A stretch of 64,000 bases of DNA from an uncultured Gammaproteobacteria bacterium. GTDB lineage: Bacteria > Pseudomonadota > Gammaproteobacteria > Arenicellales > JAANXG01. The stretch is taken from assembly GCA_947259705.1 (NCBI GenBank), contig CAMYNL010000001.1, forward strand, positions 146,199 through 210,198. Direction: 5' to 3'. Of the stretch, positions 44,171 to 55,350 are shown piece after piece. The translations under genes and the position numbers were made by a program. The notes below the pieces were generated by a model, which saw only the letters and a list, made by a program, of their open reading frames with translations, searched no databases and had not been told where the DNA came from. Numbering within the stretch: the stretch's first letter is position 1; every line of letters starts with the position of its first letter.

Positions 44171-47044
44171 TCAGCCGCTGAAAATTTGCTGCCACAGGCC
44201 GGCGACAAACTCGCGCTGCGGCGCCAGGTCCGCTGCATCGACCAAGGGGCGCTGCTCCGCCAGTTTGCAGCGGTGCTCGATCCCCAAGTAGTCGTGATAG
44301 GCCTGCCCAAGCTGGCGGGCAACGGACTCGTCCACCAGCCCCGAGTCACGCAGTGTGGCAATCAAATCAATATTGTTGCGGGGCGTGGTCAACTCAGGGT
44401 GTTCGTGTGCCCACAGGAGCACGTAATATTGGACAATGAACTCAATGTCAATGATACCCCCGCGGCCTTGCTTCAGATCGAAAAGCTGGTCCGTGGTTTG
44501 ATCGTTGGTTGATACCATCTTTTCACGCATTTCCGTCACGTCTGTTCGCAACTTCTCGGGATCTCTTCTGACCGTGAGCAGGTCCCGTCGCACCTCCTCG
44601 AAGCGGCCGCGCAGCGAATCTTGGCCAGTGACCACGCGTGCCCGCACGAGCGCCTGGTGTTCCCAGGTCCACGCCTGCTGGCGTTGATAGGTGGCGAAGG
44701 CGCTCAGCGAGGTCACCAGCGGGCCGGCACGGCCGCTGGGACGCAGCCGCATGTCGATCTCATACAAGGCCCCGGTGGGCGTGTGAGTGGTGATGACGTG
44801 CACCAGCCGCTGGGCCAGCCGGCCGTAATACTGCGGGTTGGCGACGCTGCGTTTGCCGCCGCTGGTAACGCCGCGCTCCGTTGCGCCATGGTGCAGGAAC
44901 ACGATGTCCAGATCGGAGTTATAGCCGAGTTCCAGGCTGCCCAGCTTGCCGTAGGCGACGATGCCGAACTCCGGCTGGAGACCCTCCTCTTCACTCGGGG
45001 TCCCGATTCTCGGTCGAAGATCGGCCAGGCAGACCGCCACTGCCGCTTCCAGCGAGCACTCGGCGATAATGCAAAGCCGACGTCCCACTTCTGTCCAGTC
45101 GATCAAGCCCGAGACGTCAGCGGCAGCCACCTTGAGTACCTGGGCATGGTGCACTTCGCGCAGAGCCTCCATCTGGGCCTCCAGGTCGTCCGCGCCCGCC
45201 TGATCCCGGTGCTGGGCGAATTCCTGCTCGATACGCTCCCGTGCCGTCCCTGATTCAGCGGAGATGGGATCAAGCAGTTCATCGAGCAGCAGCGGATAGC
45301 GGCTGATCCAAGAACCGATCCATGCGCTTGCTCCACACAGCTTGACCAGCTGATCAAGTGCCAGCGGGTTTTCGATCAGCAGCATCAGGTATGCGGAGCG
45401 CCGGCCGACCGAATCGACGAAACTGATCAGGCGTGTCAGCGTGGCCACTGGTTCCGCGCTGTGGACCGCGGCATGGATGAGCATGGGCATCAGCCGGTCA
45501 AAGCGTTCGCGGCCATACTTCGAATGGGCGTGGTAGCGCTTGCCGGCGCGAAGCTCTCGCAACTGCCGCCATACCTCTGCCGCATCCGTGTAGCCCAGCT
45601 CGGACAGCAGCTGCCGGGCGGCGCTGTCCGACAACCCACCACGCCATAGGTCCGCCAGCGGGGTCAGTGCATCCTCGTCGCCGGAATGCTCGCGGGCCAC
45701 GAACACGTTATTGAAATGGTGATCGATGCGGTTCATGACCTCGTGCAATGCAGTGTTCAGGCTGTCCCAGTCGGCATAGCCCGCCGCCAGGGCGAGTCGC
45801 GCTCGCGCGGTGTCGTCGCGCGGCAGTACGTGGGTCTGCTGATCGGCGAACATCTGCAGGCGGTGCTCGACGCTGCGCAGAAATCCATATCCGGCCAACA
45901 GTTCCTGTGCGGTCTCCGCGCTGATCGCTTCCCTTTCCGCCAGCCGCGGCAGGGCCTCCTGAAGACGATTGGTTTGCAGATAGTGGTCCCGTCCTCCGCG
46001 GATCAGCTGGAAACTCTGGGCGATAAACTCAACTTCCCGGATGCCTCCTCGACCGAGCTTGATATTGTCCGCCATGCCCTTGCGCCGCAGTTCACGGTCG
46101 ATCATGTCCTTCATGGAGCGGATGGCCTCGAACGCGCCATAGTCCAGGTACTTGCGGTAAACGAAGGGCCGCAGCCGTTCCAGCAGCAGGGTTCCTCCTT
46201 CCCGGTCGCCCGCCACCACCCGGGCCTTGATCAGGGCGTAACGTTCCCAGTCCCGGCCGTGAGTCTGGAAATAATGCTCGGTGGCATCATAGGACAGGGC
46301 GAGCGGCCCACTGTTGCCATTTGGGCGCAGCCGCATGTCGACCCGGAACACGAAGCCATCAGCGGTGACCTGGTCGAGCGTCTGGATCACCTGCCGACCG
46401 AGCTTGGTGAAGAACTCGTGATTACTGATGGGGCGCGCGGCGTCGGTCTGCCCGTCCTCGGCGTAGGCAAAGATGAGATCGACGTCGGATGAGAAATTGA
46501 GTTCCCGGCCGCCAAGCTTGCCCAGTCCCAGTATGGTGAGCGAAACCGCGGCGCCGGTGTGGTCGCGGGGTGTTCCGCGCTGATCGCACAGCGCCGGATA
46601 AAGATAATCGAGCGCCGCCTCCAGACTGGCGTCAGCGAGTTCCGACATGGTGGCGACCACTTCGGCGAGATCGGCCCACCCGGCGAGATCGCGCCAGGCG
46701 ATGCGCACGGCTTCCCGCACCCTGAGTTCACGCAATTGCCGCTGGAACCCGTCCTCGGATTCGGCCCCCGCCATGGTATCGGCCACGCGCCGCGCCAATG
46801 TCCCGGGCAGGTAGGGCCTTTGCAGGTCGCCGCTTTGAAGCAGGTCCAGCAGCAGCGTCGGTTTCGTCGCGCAGGTGCGGGCGACAAAGTCACTGCAGGC
46901 CCATACCCGGGCTGCCGTCTGCACCACTTCCGGTACCGCACAAAGCGCCTCGCCAACTCCGGCATGCCCAGATATGCTCTGCCAGTGCCGCTGCACCGCT
47001 GCGTCCAGTTCCTGCGGCAGGCTTTGCAGCGATCTTGAACTCAA
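44171..47044 (-). CDS. glnE: Glutamine synthetase adenylyltransferase/adenylyl-removing enzyme (start approximate, TTG 47044)
   Basis: Two nucleotidyltransferase repeats: GKLGGRELNFSSDVD...RVDMRLRP and YGKLG.LELGYNSDLD...DMRLRPSG, plus AWTWEHQAL. Confidence 0.95.
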   Translation of the reverse strand: MSSRSLQSLPQELDAAVQRHWQSISGHAGVGEALCAVPEVVQTAARVWACSDFVARTCATKPTLLLDLLQSGDLQRPYLPGTLARRVADTMAGAESEDGFQRQLRELRVREAVRIAWRDLAGWADLAEVVATMSELADASLEAALDYLYPALCDQRGTPRDHTGAAVSLTILGLGKLGGRELNFSSDVDLIFAYAEDGQTDAARPISNHEFFTKLGRQVIQTLDQVTADGFVFRVDMRLRPNGNSGPLALSYDATEHYFQTHGRDWERYALIKARVVAGDREGGTLLLERLRPFVYRKYLDYGAFEAIRSMKDMIDRELRRKGMADNIKLGRGGIREVEFIAQSFQLIRGGRDHYLQTNRLQEALPRLAEREAISAETAQELLAGYGFLRSVEHRLQMFADQQTHVLPRDDTARARLALAAGYADWDSLNTALHEVMNRIDHHFNNVFVAREHSGDEDALTPLADLWRGGLSDSAARQLLSELGYTDAAEVWRQLRELRAGKRYHAHSKYGRERFDRLMPMLIHAAVHSAEPVATLTRLISFVDSVGRRSAYLMLLIENPLALDQLVKLCGASAWIGSWISRYPLLLDELLDPISAESGTARERIEQEFAQHRDQAGADDLEAQMEALREVHHAQVLKVAAADVSGLIDWTEVGRRLCIIAECSLEAAVAVCLADLRPRIGTPSEEEGLQPEFGIVAYGKLGSLELGYNSDLDIVFLHHGATERGVTSGGKRSVANPQYYGRLAQRLVHVITTHTPTGALYEIDMRLRPSGRAGPLVTSLSAFATYQRQQAWTWEHQALVRARVVTGQDSLRGRFEEVRRDLLTVRRDPEKLRTDVTEMREKMVSTNDQTTDQLFDLKQGRGGIIDIEFIVQYYVLLWAHEHPELTTPRNNIDLIATLRDSGLVDESVARQLGQAYHDYLGIEHRCKLAEQRPLVDAADLAPQREFVAGLWQQIFSG

Positions 47045-47112
47045 GAACGCCGCGTCGGCCCGGGCGTTGGGGGTGGAGTGATGCGGTGGCAAATGGAACC
47101 TGTCGAAAATAG

Positions 47113-47766
47113 ATGGTGAGGAAAGTGAACATGATACCCCTGATTGACCAGGCTTTGGATGACTACGCGACGCGGCACTCGGAGCCCCCGTCGCAACTGC
47201 TTCGCGAACTTGAGGCATACACCAGGGTCCACTGCCAGAATCCGGAGATGGTGATCGGCAGCCTGGAGGCGGCCCTGTTGCGCATGCTGGTGAAGTTGAC
47301 CGGAGCGCGCAGGGTGTTGGAGATCGGCTTGTTCACCGGCTACTCGGCATTGAGCATCGCCGAGGTACTGCCCGCCGATGGCCACCTGGTTAGCTGTGAG
47401 CTGAGTCCCGAGCACGCCGGCATCGCCCGTACGTTCCTGGACCGCAGCCCGCATGGCGGCAAGGTCGATATCCGGCTGGGGCCGGCGCTGGCGACCCTGG
47501 AGCAGCTTGCGGGCCCGTTCGACTTCGTCTTCCTGGATGCCGACAAGGAGAACTACCTGGCTTACTACCAAGCGGTGATGCCGAAACTGCGCAGCGGCGG
47601 CCTGCTGCTGGCGGACAACGTGCTCTGGTCGGGCCGGGTTCTGCAGCCCAGGGAGGATACCGACCGCGCGGTGGCGACTTTCAACGACGCGGTGCAGCGC
47701 GACCCGCGTGCTGACAACGTGCTGCTGACAGTCAGGGACGGGGTGATGGTGGTTCGCAGGCGCTGA
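47113..47766 (+). CDS. SAM-dependent O-methyltransferase (caffeoyl-CoA OMT/family 3)
   Basis: RVLEIG.FTGYSAL, GPALATL, FDFVFLDADKENY..YY, DNVLWSG, RDG. Confidence 0.9.
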   Translation: MVRKVNMIPLIDQALDDYATRHSEPPSQLLRELEAYTRVHCQNPEMVIGSLEAALLRMLVKLTGARRVLEIGLFTGYSALSIAEVLPADGHLVSCELSPEHAGIARTFLDRSPHGGKVDIRLGPALATLEQLAGPFDFVFLDADKENYLAYYQAVMPKLRSGGLLLADNVLWSGRVLQPREDTDRAVATFNDAVQRDPRADNVLLTVRDGVMVVRRR

Positions 47767-47780
47767 TTATGGCCGGTCAC

Positions 47781-47812
47781 AAAAAAGGCCCCGCTCGGGG
47801 GAGCGGGGCCTT
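47781..47812 (-). terminator. Intrinsic terminator downstream of groEL
   Basis: The minus strand has a GGCCCCGCTC-CCCC-GAGCGGGGCC stem followed by TTTTTT. Confidence 0.88.
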
Positions 47813-47839
47813 GAGTTGGCTCAAACGAGCGAAGGGCTG

Positions 47840-49513
<1,674 letters not shown>

Positions 49514-49801
49514 TTACTCGATGACACCCATGATGTCGTCTTCACGCATGACGAGTAGTTCCTCGCCATCAACTTTGACCTCGGTGCCGGAGTACTTGCC
49601 GAAAAGCACCTTGTCTCCAGCCTTCACGTCCAGTGGACGTATTTCGCCGTTTTCCTGCACCTTGCCGTTGCCGACCGCCACAACCTCACCCTGCATGGGT
49701 TTTTCAGCCGCGGTGTCGGGAATAACAATGCCGCCCGGGCTCGTCTTTTCGTCGTCCAGGCGACGCACCAGGACCCGGTCGTGTAAGGGGCGAATTGACA
49801 T
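49514..49801 (-). CDS. groS: Co-chaperonin GroES
   Basis: [40 protein letters not shown]. Confidence 0.98.
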   Translation of the reverse strand: MSIRPLHDRVLVRRLDDEKTSPGGIVIPDTAAEKPMQGEVVAVGNGKVQENGEIRPLDVKAGDKVLFGKYSGTEVKVDGEELLVMREDDIMGVIE

Positions 49802-49858
49802 AACTTGCAACCTCCTCATCGGTTGATTGGTCTAGTTCCGAGTGCCACAGACGGGCTG

Positions 49859-49885
49859 TTAGCACTCACTCTAAGCGAGTGCTAA
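49859..49885. promoter_or_regulatory. CIRCE element (HrcA operator)
   Basis: TTAGCACTC-ACTCTAAGC-GAGTGCTAA, a perfect match to TTAGCACTC-N9-GAGTGCTAA, upstream of groES. Confidence 0.96.
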
Positions 49886-49913
49886 TAATAAGGATGGCTG
49901 GTGCAAAGTCAAG
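49885..49913 (-). promoter_or_regulatory. groESL promoter (readable as sigma70-like or sigma32-like)
   Basis: Minus-strand TTGACT-N16-TATTAT overlaps CTTGAC-N14-CCTTAT and abuts the CIRCE. Confidence 0.6.
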
Positions 49914-49918
49914 AGGGG

Positions 49919-50347
49919 TCAATCATCGACCCGGTGATACTCCCCGTCGATGGTGCGCGGCCCCCCCGGTCGATCGCCCCTGCCCCCGACCTGCCGCACT
50001 ATTCCGCGCCGCAACAGGTGATCGATGATCCGCCGCCGCAACGGTGGCGTCAGGCAGGCGAAGCCGACCGCATCGGTAAAGAACCCCGGTGTCAGCAGCA
50101 AGGCGCCGGCGACCAGCAGAAACAGGCCCTCCAGCAGCTCCACGGCCGGAAGCTCGCCTTCGTCCAGCTGCGATCGGATACGGGTCACGGTGGCGAAACC
50201 CTGGCGGCGCACCAGATAGGCCCCCAGCACGGCGGTCGCGACCACCGCGAAGATCGTCCAGCCGGCGCCGACCACCGCGCCGACCTGGATCAGCAGGTAG
50301 ATTTCCACCAGCGGGACGAGGATGAAAATCAGCAGTATGAACGGCAC
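49919..50347 (-). CDS. fxsA: FxsA family membrane protein
   Basis: FILVPLVEIYLLI.VG, G..LVRRQG, AGALLLTPGFFTDAVG, TIDGEY. Located upstream of groES. Confidence 0.93.
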   Translation of the reverse strand: MPFILLIFILVPLVEIYLLIQVGAVVGAGWTIFAVVATAVLGAYLVRRQGFATVTRIRSQLDEGELPAVELLEGLFLLVAGALLLTPGFFTDAVGFACLTPPLRRRIIDHLLRRGIVRQVGGRGDRPGGPRTIDGEYHRVDD

Positions 50348-50351
50348 GTGG

Positions 50352-51176
50352 TCAGTCCAGGGATCGCCAAAGGTGGTCCAGTCGGCGGCACAGTAACGGA
50401 ATTGCGTTGCTGAGTCGATGGTCGGCGCCGGCTACGGTCTCGCTGCAAACCACGGGTGCGCTGAGGGCGCCGGCGAGTTCCGCAGAGTCGGTCGGCGGCA
50501 GTAATTCGTCTCGTTCACCGTGCAGTATGGAGACCGGGCAGGGCAGCGAGAGAACCGCCGGCAGGCGATACTGGGCGGCGTCACGAAAGAACCTGTATCC
50601 GAGCGTGTAGTGCCCGCCTGCATACAGGTCGGGAAATGCTATGCTGTCGTGTCGGCACCAGGCGGCCAGTGCATCCGGCGGCAGGGACTCGAAATGGCGC
50701 TCGAAGAACCGCACGGCGGGTGCCAGCAGCAACAGCCCGGCAATCCGCGACGGTCTCCGGCTGGCGGCCCAGAGCGATACCAGGCCGCCGAGGCTGGAGC
50801 CGACCAATATGGCGCGTCGCCCGGCGAGCGAATCGATGACCGCCATCAAGTCGGTAACGGCGCCGGAAACGGTAAAATCGTGGAACTTGCCGTCGGATTC
50901 GACGTGCCCCCGCTGGTCGAAACGGATCCAGGAATAGTTCCGCTGCGCGGCGTGCTTTAACAGGCCGCGGGATTTCTCGCCGTCGCAATGGGAGCGAAAT
51001 CCGTGCACGAAGATGCCGACGGGGCTGCGGCCGGTGTCGAGCCGGTGCCCGCGCAGATACTGGCCGGTCTGTGGGACCTCGAGTTGAAAGCATGTCTCGC
51101 CGTCGGGCACTGGGTTGGTCGCGGGGAATGTGGCAGTTATTGATATGGGGTTGGATTGACGCCCCGGCAATTCCAT
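50352..51176 (-). CDS. Alpha/beta hydrolase (start approximate)
   Basis: FVHGFRS, RFDQRGH, nucleophile VGSSLGG, HGERDE (Asp), GADH (His). Confidence 0.82.
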   Translation of the reverse strand: MELPGRQSNPISITATFPATNPVPDGETCFQLEVPQTGQYLRGHRLDTGRSPVGIFVHGFRSHCDGEKSRGLLKHAAQRNYSWIRFDQRGHVESDGKFHDFTVSGAVTDLMAVIDSLAGRRAILVGSSLGGLVSLWAASRRPSRIAGLLLLAPAVRFFERHFESLPPDALAAWCRHDSIAFPDLYAGGHYTLGYRFFRDAAQYRLPAVLSLPCPVSILHGERDELLPPTDSAELAGALSAPVVCSETVAGADHRLSNAIPLLCRRLDHLWRSLD

Positions 51177-51202
51177 CAGAACATATCGCGGGAGGCAAAG
51201 AC

Positions 51203-51541
51203 GTGAGCGAAGAAGCTTACCAGGTCGTGTTGAGTACTTGCGGAAGCATGCCGGATGCGGAACGCATCGCGCGTGACCTGGTCGAAAAAGGAATCGCAGC
51301 CTGCGTGAACATAATCCCCGGGATGCGGTCAATCTATCGCTGGAAAGGTCAAGTCGAGGAGGCCAACGAGGTGCTCATGATGGTGAAAATTCCGGCGGAT
51401 CGTTACCGAGGAGTGGAGGACCGCATCAAGCACCTGCATGCCTACGATCTGCCAGAGGTGATCGCCCTGCCGGTCAGTCGCGGCTCCCGTAAATACCTGC
51501 GCTGGCTGGGCCCGGCATCGGAACTGGACAGCGGCGAATGA
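51203..51541 (+). CDS. cutA: Divalent-cation tolerance protein CutA
   Basis: A.RIA..LVE...AACVNI.PG.RSIYRWKG, H.YDLPE.IALP. GTG start with GGAGG RBS. Confidence 0.93.
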   Translation: MSEEAYQVVLSTCGSMPDAERIARDLVEKGIAACVNIIPGMRSIYRWKGQVEEANEVLMMVKIPADRYRGVEDRIKHLHAYDLPEVIALPVSRGSRKYLRWLGPASELDSGE

Positions 51542-53775
51542 AGCGTATTCTGCCATTCGCCGCATTGCTGCTGTGGGCCGCTGCGCTTGCCGCTCAGGAA
51601 CCGGAACTGCTGGAGCCGGAGCGCGCATTCGTGTTCTCGGTGCAGGCCGCAGGCCCGGAGCGCGTCGAGGTGACCTGGGACATCGTTCCCGACTACTACA
51701 TGTACCGGGACAAGTTCAAGGTGCGGCTGGTTTCCGGCGACGTGGAACTTGGCGAGCTGGAATTACCGCCGGGCAAGAAGAAGAAAGATCCCTTCTTCGG
51801 CGCAATGGAGGTTTACACCAAGCCGGTCACGCTGGGCGTCCCGGTGAAGCGGGCGGCGGGCGATGCCATCGATATCGTCATCGAGGCGCACGGCCAGGGT
51901 TGCAACGAGCCGGTCGGCATCTGCTATCCGCCGTTGAAGCAGACCGCAACCGTGCAACTGGCAGCGCTGCAGGAGGACGCCGCAGGCGGCACCCCGGAAC
52001 TGCCGCCGATCAGGTCGCTGAAATCACTCAAGGATTTATTGTCGGGCGGGACAGCGGAACCTGAATTCCTTCACCCGGACGAGGCGTTCCGGTTCGACCT
52101 GCAGGTCCGCGACGGAGGGATGCTCGACGCACGATTCGTCATTGAGCCGGACTACTACCTGTATCGGGACAAGGTCGCTTTCAGCAGCGAAACGCCCGGG
52201 GTCACGGTGGCCACGGTGCAGCTGCCCCCGGGCAAGGAGAAGCATGACGAGTATTTCGGCCGCATAGAGGCCTATTACCAGGGCTTTGAGGCGGATGTCC
52301 CGCTGCTACGCGATGCCGCCGGTGCGCTCAGCGCGGTGTTCAAGGTGAAGTACCAGGGCTGCGCGGAGAAGGGCATCTGTTATCCTCCGATCGAGAAACT
52401 GGTGCGTCTGGAGCTGCCGGGCGTTGCCGACGTTGCCGCGGCGACCAGCCCGCCCGTCAGTTCGCCGCCGACCGCCGTGGCCGAGGGTAGCGGCGACGGT
52501 TTCTGGAGCTATGTGCTCACCGCTTTTGTCACCGGGATCGTCCTCACGTTCACGCCATGCGTGCTGCCCATGGTGCCGATATTGAGTAGCATAATCGTCG
52601 GCCAGGGGGGCGAGGTCACCAAGTTGCGAGGCGGCAGCCTGGCGGCCTCATACGTCCTCGGTACTGCCGTAACCTACACCGTTGCCGGAGCCATAGCCGG
52701 CGCTACCGGCGAGCAGTTGCAGGCGTACTTCCAGAACATCTGGTCCATCGGCACGGTGAGCGTGATCCTGGTGCTGCTGGCATTCTCCATGTTCGGGCTG
52801 TACGAAATCCAGATGCCGGCTTTCCTGCAATCGACGCTGCAGAGCCGCAGCCAGCGCCTGGAAGGGGGGCGCCTGGGTGTCGTCTTCCTGCTCGGCATTA
52901 TCTCGGCCCTCATCGTGGGGGCGTGCGTGTCACCGTTGCTGATCGTGGCGCTTGGCGTGGCCATTGTAAAGGGCGACCCGCTGCTCGGTGCGGCCATCAT
53001 GTTTGCCATGGCTCTCGGGATGGGGGTGTTCCTGATCGCGCTCGGATTGGGCGCCGGTTACCTGCTGCCCAAGGCGGGGGAATGGATGGATAGCGTCAAG
53101 CAGGTCTTCGGCGTGTTGCTGCTGGGCGTCGCGATTTATCTTTTGGGCATCATACCCCAGGTCCCGGTGCTGTACCTGTGGTCGGCCCTTTTCATCATCT
53201 GCGCGGTGTACCTGGGTGCGCTGCAGAGCCTGCCGGAGGACGCGAACGGCTGGCGCTATCTATGGAAGGGTGCCGGAGTATTCCTGCTGGTGTGGGGGGT
53301 GCTCGCCCTGGTCGGGGGGATGGCGGGAAATCGTGATGTCCTGCGGCCGGTGGAATTTTCAGGTGCGTCGGGCCTGCTGGCCGACGCGACCGGCGGCCGG
53401 CCGGGCAGGCACGCGAGCTTCCGGCGGGTCGCATCGATCGCCGAACTCGATTCGGGCTTCGCCGATGCCCGCGCGCAAGAAAAACCGCTGCTGCTCGACT
53501 ACTACGCGGACTGGTGCATCGATTGCCTGCGCATGGAAAAAGCGACGTTCCAGCACCCAGAGGTGGCGGGGCAGCTCAACGACCGCTTCGTGCTCCTTCA
53601 GGTCGACGTGACCGATCCCGGCAATGCGTTCAGCAAGGCGGTAAAGCGACGGTTCAGCGTATTCGGTCCCCCGGCCATGTTGTTTTTCGATGGCGGCGGC
53701 GAAGAAAGGCCGGAACTGCGCCGCTACGGTTTCATGGATCCAGACGACTTCCTGCAGCACATCAGCGCGCTGTGA
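51538..53775 (+). CDS. dsbD: Protein-disulfide reductase DsbD with duplicated N-terminal domain
   Basis: Two Ig-like alpha domains (QGCNEPVGICYPP; QGCAEKGICYPP), TM domain FTPCVLPM...GACVSP, and thioredoxin domain YADWCIDC. Confidence 0.94.
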   Translation: MKRILPFAALLLWAAALAAQEPELLEPERAFVFSVQAAGPERVEVTWDIVPDYYMYRDKFKVRLVSGDVELGELELPPGKKKKDPFFGAMEVYTKPVTLGVPVKRAAGDAIDIVIEAHGQGCNEPVGICYPPLKQTATVQLAALQEDAAGGTPELPPIRSLKSLKDLLSGGTAEPEFLHPDEAFRFDLQVRDGGMLDARFVIEPDYYLYRDKVAFSSETPGVTVATVQLPPGKEKHDEYFGRIEAYYQGFEADVPLLRDAAGALSAVFKVKYQGCAEKGICYPPIEKLVRLELPGVADVAAATSPPVSSPPTAVAEGSGDGFWSYVLTAFVTGIVLTFTPCVLPMVPILSSIIVGQGGEVTKLRGGSLAASYVLGTAVTYTVAGAIAGATGEQLQAYFQNIWSIGTVSVILVLLAFSMFGLYEIQMPAFLQSTLQSRSQRLEGGRLGVVFLLGIISALIVGACVSPLLIVALGVAIVKGDPLLGAAIMFAMALGMGVFLIALGLGAGYLLPKAGEWMDSVKQVFGVLLLGVAIYLLGIIPQVPVLYLWSALFIICAVYLGALQSLPEDANGWRYLWKGAGVFLLVWGVLALVGGMAGNRDVLRPVEFSGASGLLADATGGRPGRHASFRRVASIAELDSGFADARAQEKPLLLDYYADWCIDCLRMEKATFQHPEVAGQLNDRFVLLQVDVTDPGNAFSKAVKRRFSVFGPPAMLFFDGGGEERPELRRYGFMDPDDFLQHISAL

Positions 53776-54311
53776 GCAGCGTGGGCCGGCGGACGTACGT
53801 CGTCCACGCGGCGGTCGCCGCGGTGGCGCTGGCACTGGGCGTTTGGCTGGCTCGCAGCCTGGCCCCGTTGTCGACGTCCGAACCACCGCAACAACGCGCG
53901 GCAGCGTGGCGGATGGAGGATCTCCAGGGTCGGCCGGAAACCCTTGGGGGATTGGCTGCATCGCTGCTGCTGGTCAATTTCTGGGCGACCTGGTGCGCGC
54001 CCTGCCGGGAAGAGATACCGTTGTTGGTGCGGCTGCGAGAGGAATATCGGGAGCGTGGCCTGGAAGTGGTGGGCGCAGCCATTGATGATCCGGATGCGGT
54101 ACGCCGCTACCGCGAGCAGCTGAACATCCCCTACCCCCTGCTCATAGTGCGCGGGGATGCCGCCGGATTGCTGCGCGAGTGGGGGAGCAGCAGTGGCGCG
54201 CTCCCCTTCTCGGTATTGCGGGATGGCAAGGGAAACATCATTGCCACCAAGACCGGCCCCTATTCGGAGTCAGAGCTACGGCGCCTGCTGGAACAGCACC
54301 TGGCGCTCTAA
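53772..54311 (+). CDS. TlpA-family thiol:disulfide oxidoreductase
   Basis: N-terminal [29 protein letters not shown] overlap with dsbD. Confidence 0.9.
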   Translation: MSSVGRRTYVVHAAVAAVALALGVWLARSLAPLSTSEPPQQRAAAWRMEDLQGRPETLGGLAASLLLVNFWATWCAPCREEIPLLVRLREEYRERGLEVVGAAIDDPDAVRRYREQLNIPYPLLIVRGDAAGLLREWGSSSGALPFSVLRDGKGNIIATKTGPYSESELRRLLEQHLAL

Positions 54312-54445
54312 TTGTTCCGATCTGCGCTTATTCTACGCTAACATGCGCTGAAGTTCCGGGATCTCTGGACTTTCCTGCCGGGTTTCGGCAGACTACCGCT
54401 GCACCATCCAGACGATCACCCCAATCAAGAGGCCAAGCCGTCCGT

Positions 54446-54886
54446 ATGGCGACCATACTGCTCATCAACGGCCCCAATCTCAATCTTCTCGGCACCAGGG
54501 AACCGGAACATTACGGCGCCGTGACCTTGGCAGACGTGGTGCAGCAATTACGCCAGCAGGCGGCGCGGGTCGGGCACGAGTTGACCGACGTGCAAAGCAA
54601 TGCCGAGCACGAGCTGGTTGACGCCGTACAGCGGGCCGCTGCCGGCGGTGTTGCGTACATCATCATCAATCCCGCGGCATTTACCCACACCAGCGTGGCG
54701 CTGCGCGACGCGCTGGCGGCCGTGAAGATCCCTTTCATTGAAGTTCACCTGTCGAATATCCATGCGCGGGAAGGTTTCCGGCGGCGGTCGTATTTCTCTG
54801 ACATCGCGGCGGGCGTAATCAGTGGTCTTGGCGCCATCGGATACGAACTGGCAATGCACGCGGCGATCCAAACCCTGGAGCAATAG
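54446..54886 (+). CDS. aroQ: Type II 3-dehydroquinate dehydratase
   Basis: [50 protein letters not shown]. Confidence 0.96.
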   Translation: MATILLINGPNLNLLGTREPEHYGAVTLADVVQQLRQQAARVGHELTDVQSNAEHELVDAVQRAAAGGVAYIIINPAAFTHTSVALRDALAAVKIPFIEVHLSNIHAREGFRRRSYFSDIAAGVISGLGAIGYELAMHAAIQTLEQ

Positions 54887-54892
54887 GCGGTC

Positions 54893-55336
54893 ATGGACAT
54901 ACGAAAAATAAAGAAACTGATCGAACTACTCGAGGAGTCCAATCTGAGCGAAATGGAAATAAAGGAGGGGGAGGAGTCGATCCGCCTCAGCAGGGTGTCC
55001 TCGATGGCTGCCCCTGTGTTGCCGGCGGCCACCACGATATCGGTGGGGGAGACATCCCCGGCGCCGCCGCAGGCGCCTGACGGCGAGGACCTGTTGCCGG
55101 TCGGCCACCCGATAAAATCACCAATGGTCGGGACGTTCTACGGCGCGCCCAAGCCGGGTTCGGAACCCTTCGTGGAGGTCGGCAGCACAGTGGAAGTCGG
55201 TGATACCTTGTGTGTTATCGAGGCGATGAAGATCTTCAATCAGATCGAGACCGATGCCGCCGGCACGGTGGTGGCCGTGCTCAAGGACAACGGAAGCCCG
55301 GTCGAGTATGGTGAAGTCCTGTTCGTGATCGACTAG
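54893..55336 (+). CDS. accB: Acetyl-CoA carboxylase biotin carboxyl carrier protein
   Basis: [20 protein letters not shown], biotinylation motif EAMK. Confidence 0.96.
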   Translation: MDIRKIKKLIELLEESNLSEMEIKEGEESIRLSRVSSMAAPVLPAATTISVGETSPAPPQAPDGEDLLPVGHPIKSPMVGTFYGAPKPGSEPFVEVGSTVEVGDTLCVIEAMKIFNQIETDAAGTVVAVLKDNGSPVEYGEVLFVID

Positions 55337-55350
55337 CTGCTCTCCCCACC

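Noticed and set aside
47045-47218. N-terminal extension of the 1015-aa glnE ORF overlapping the divergent methyltransferase
   Set aside because: It is low-complexity and not GlnE-like, and it overlaps an opposite-strand gene. The real start is probably near 47044.
49840-49847. Second CIRCE in the groES leader
   Set aside because: Only a half-site-like GAGTGCCA is present, with no matching arm at 9-nt spacing.
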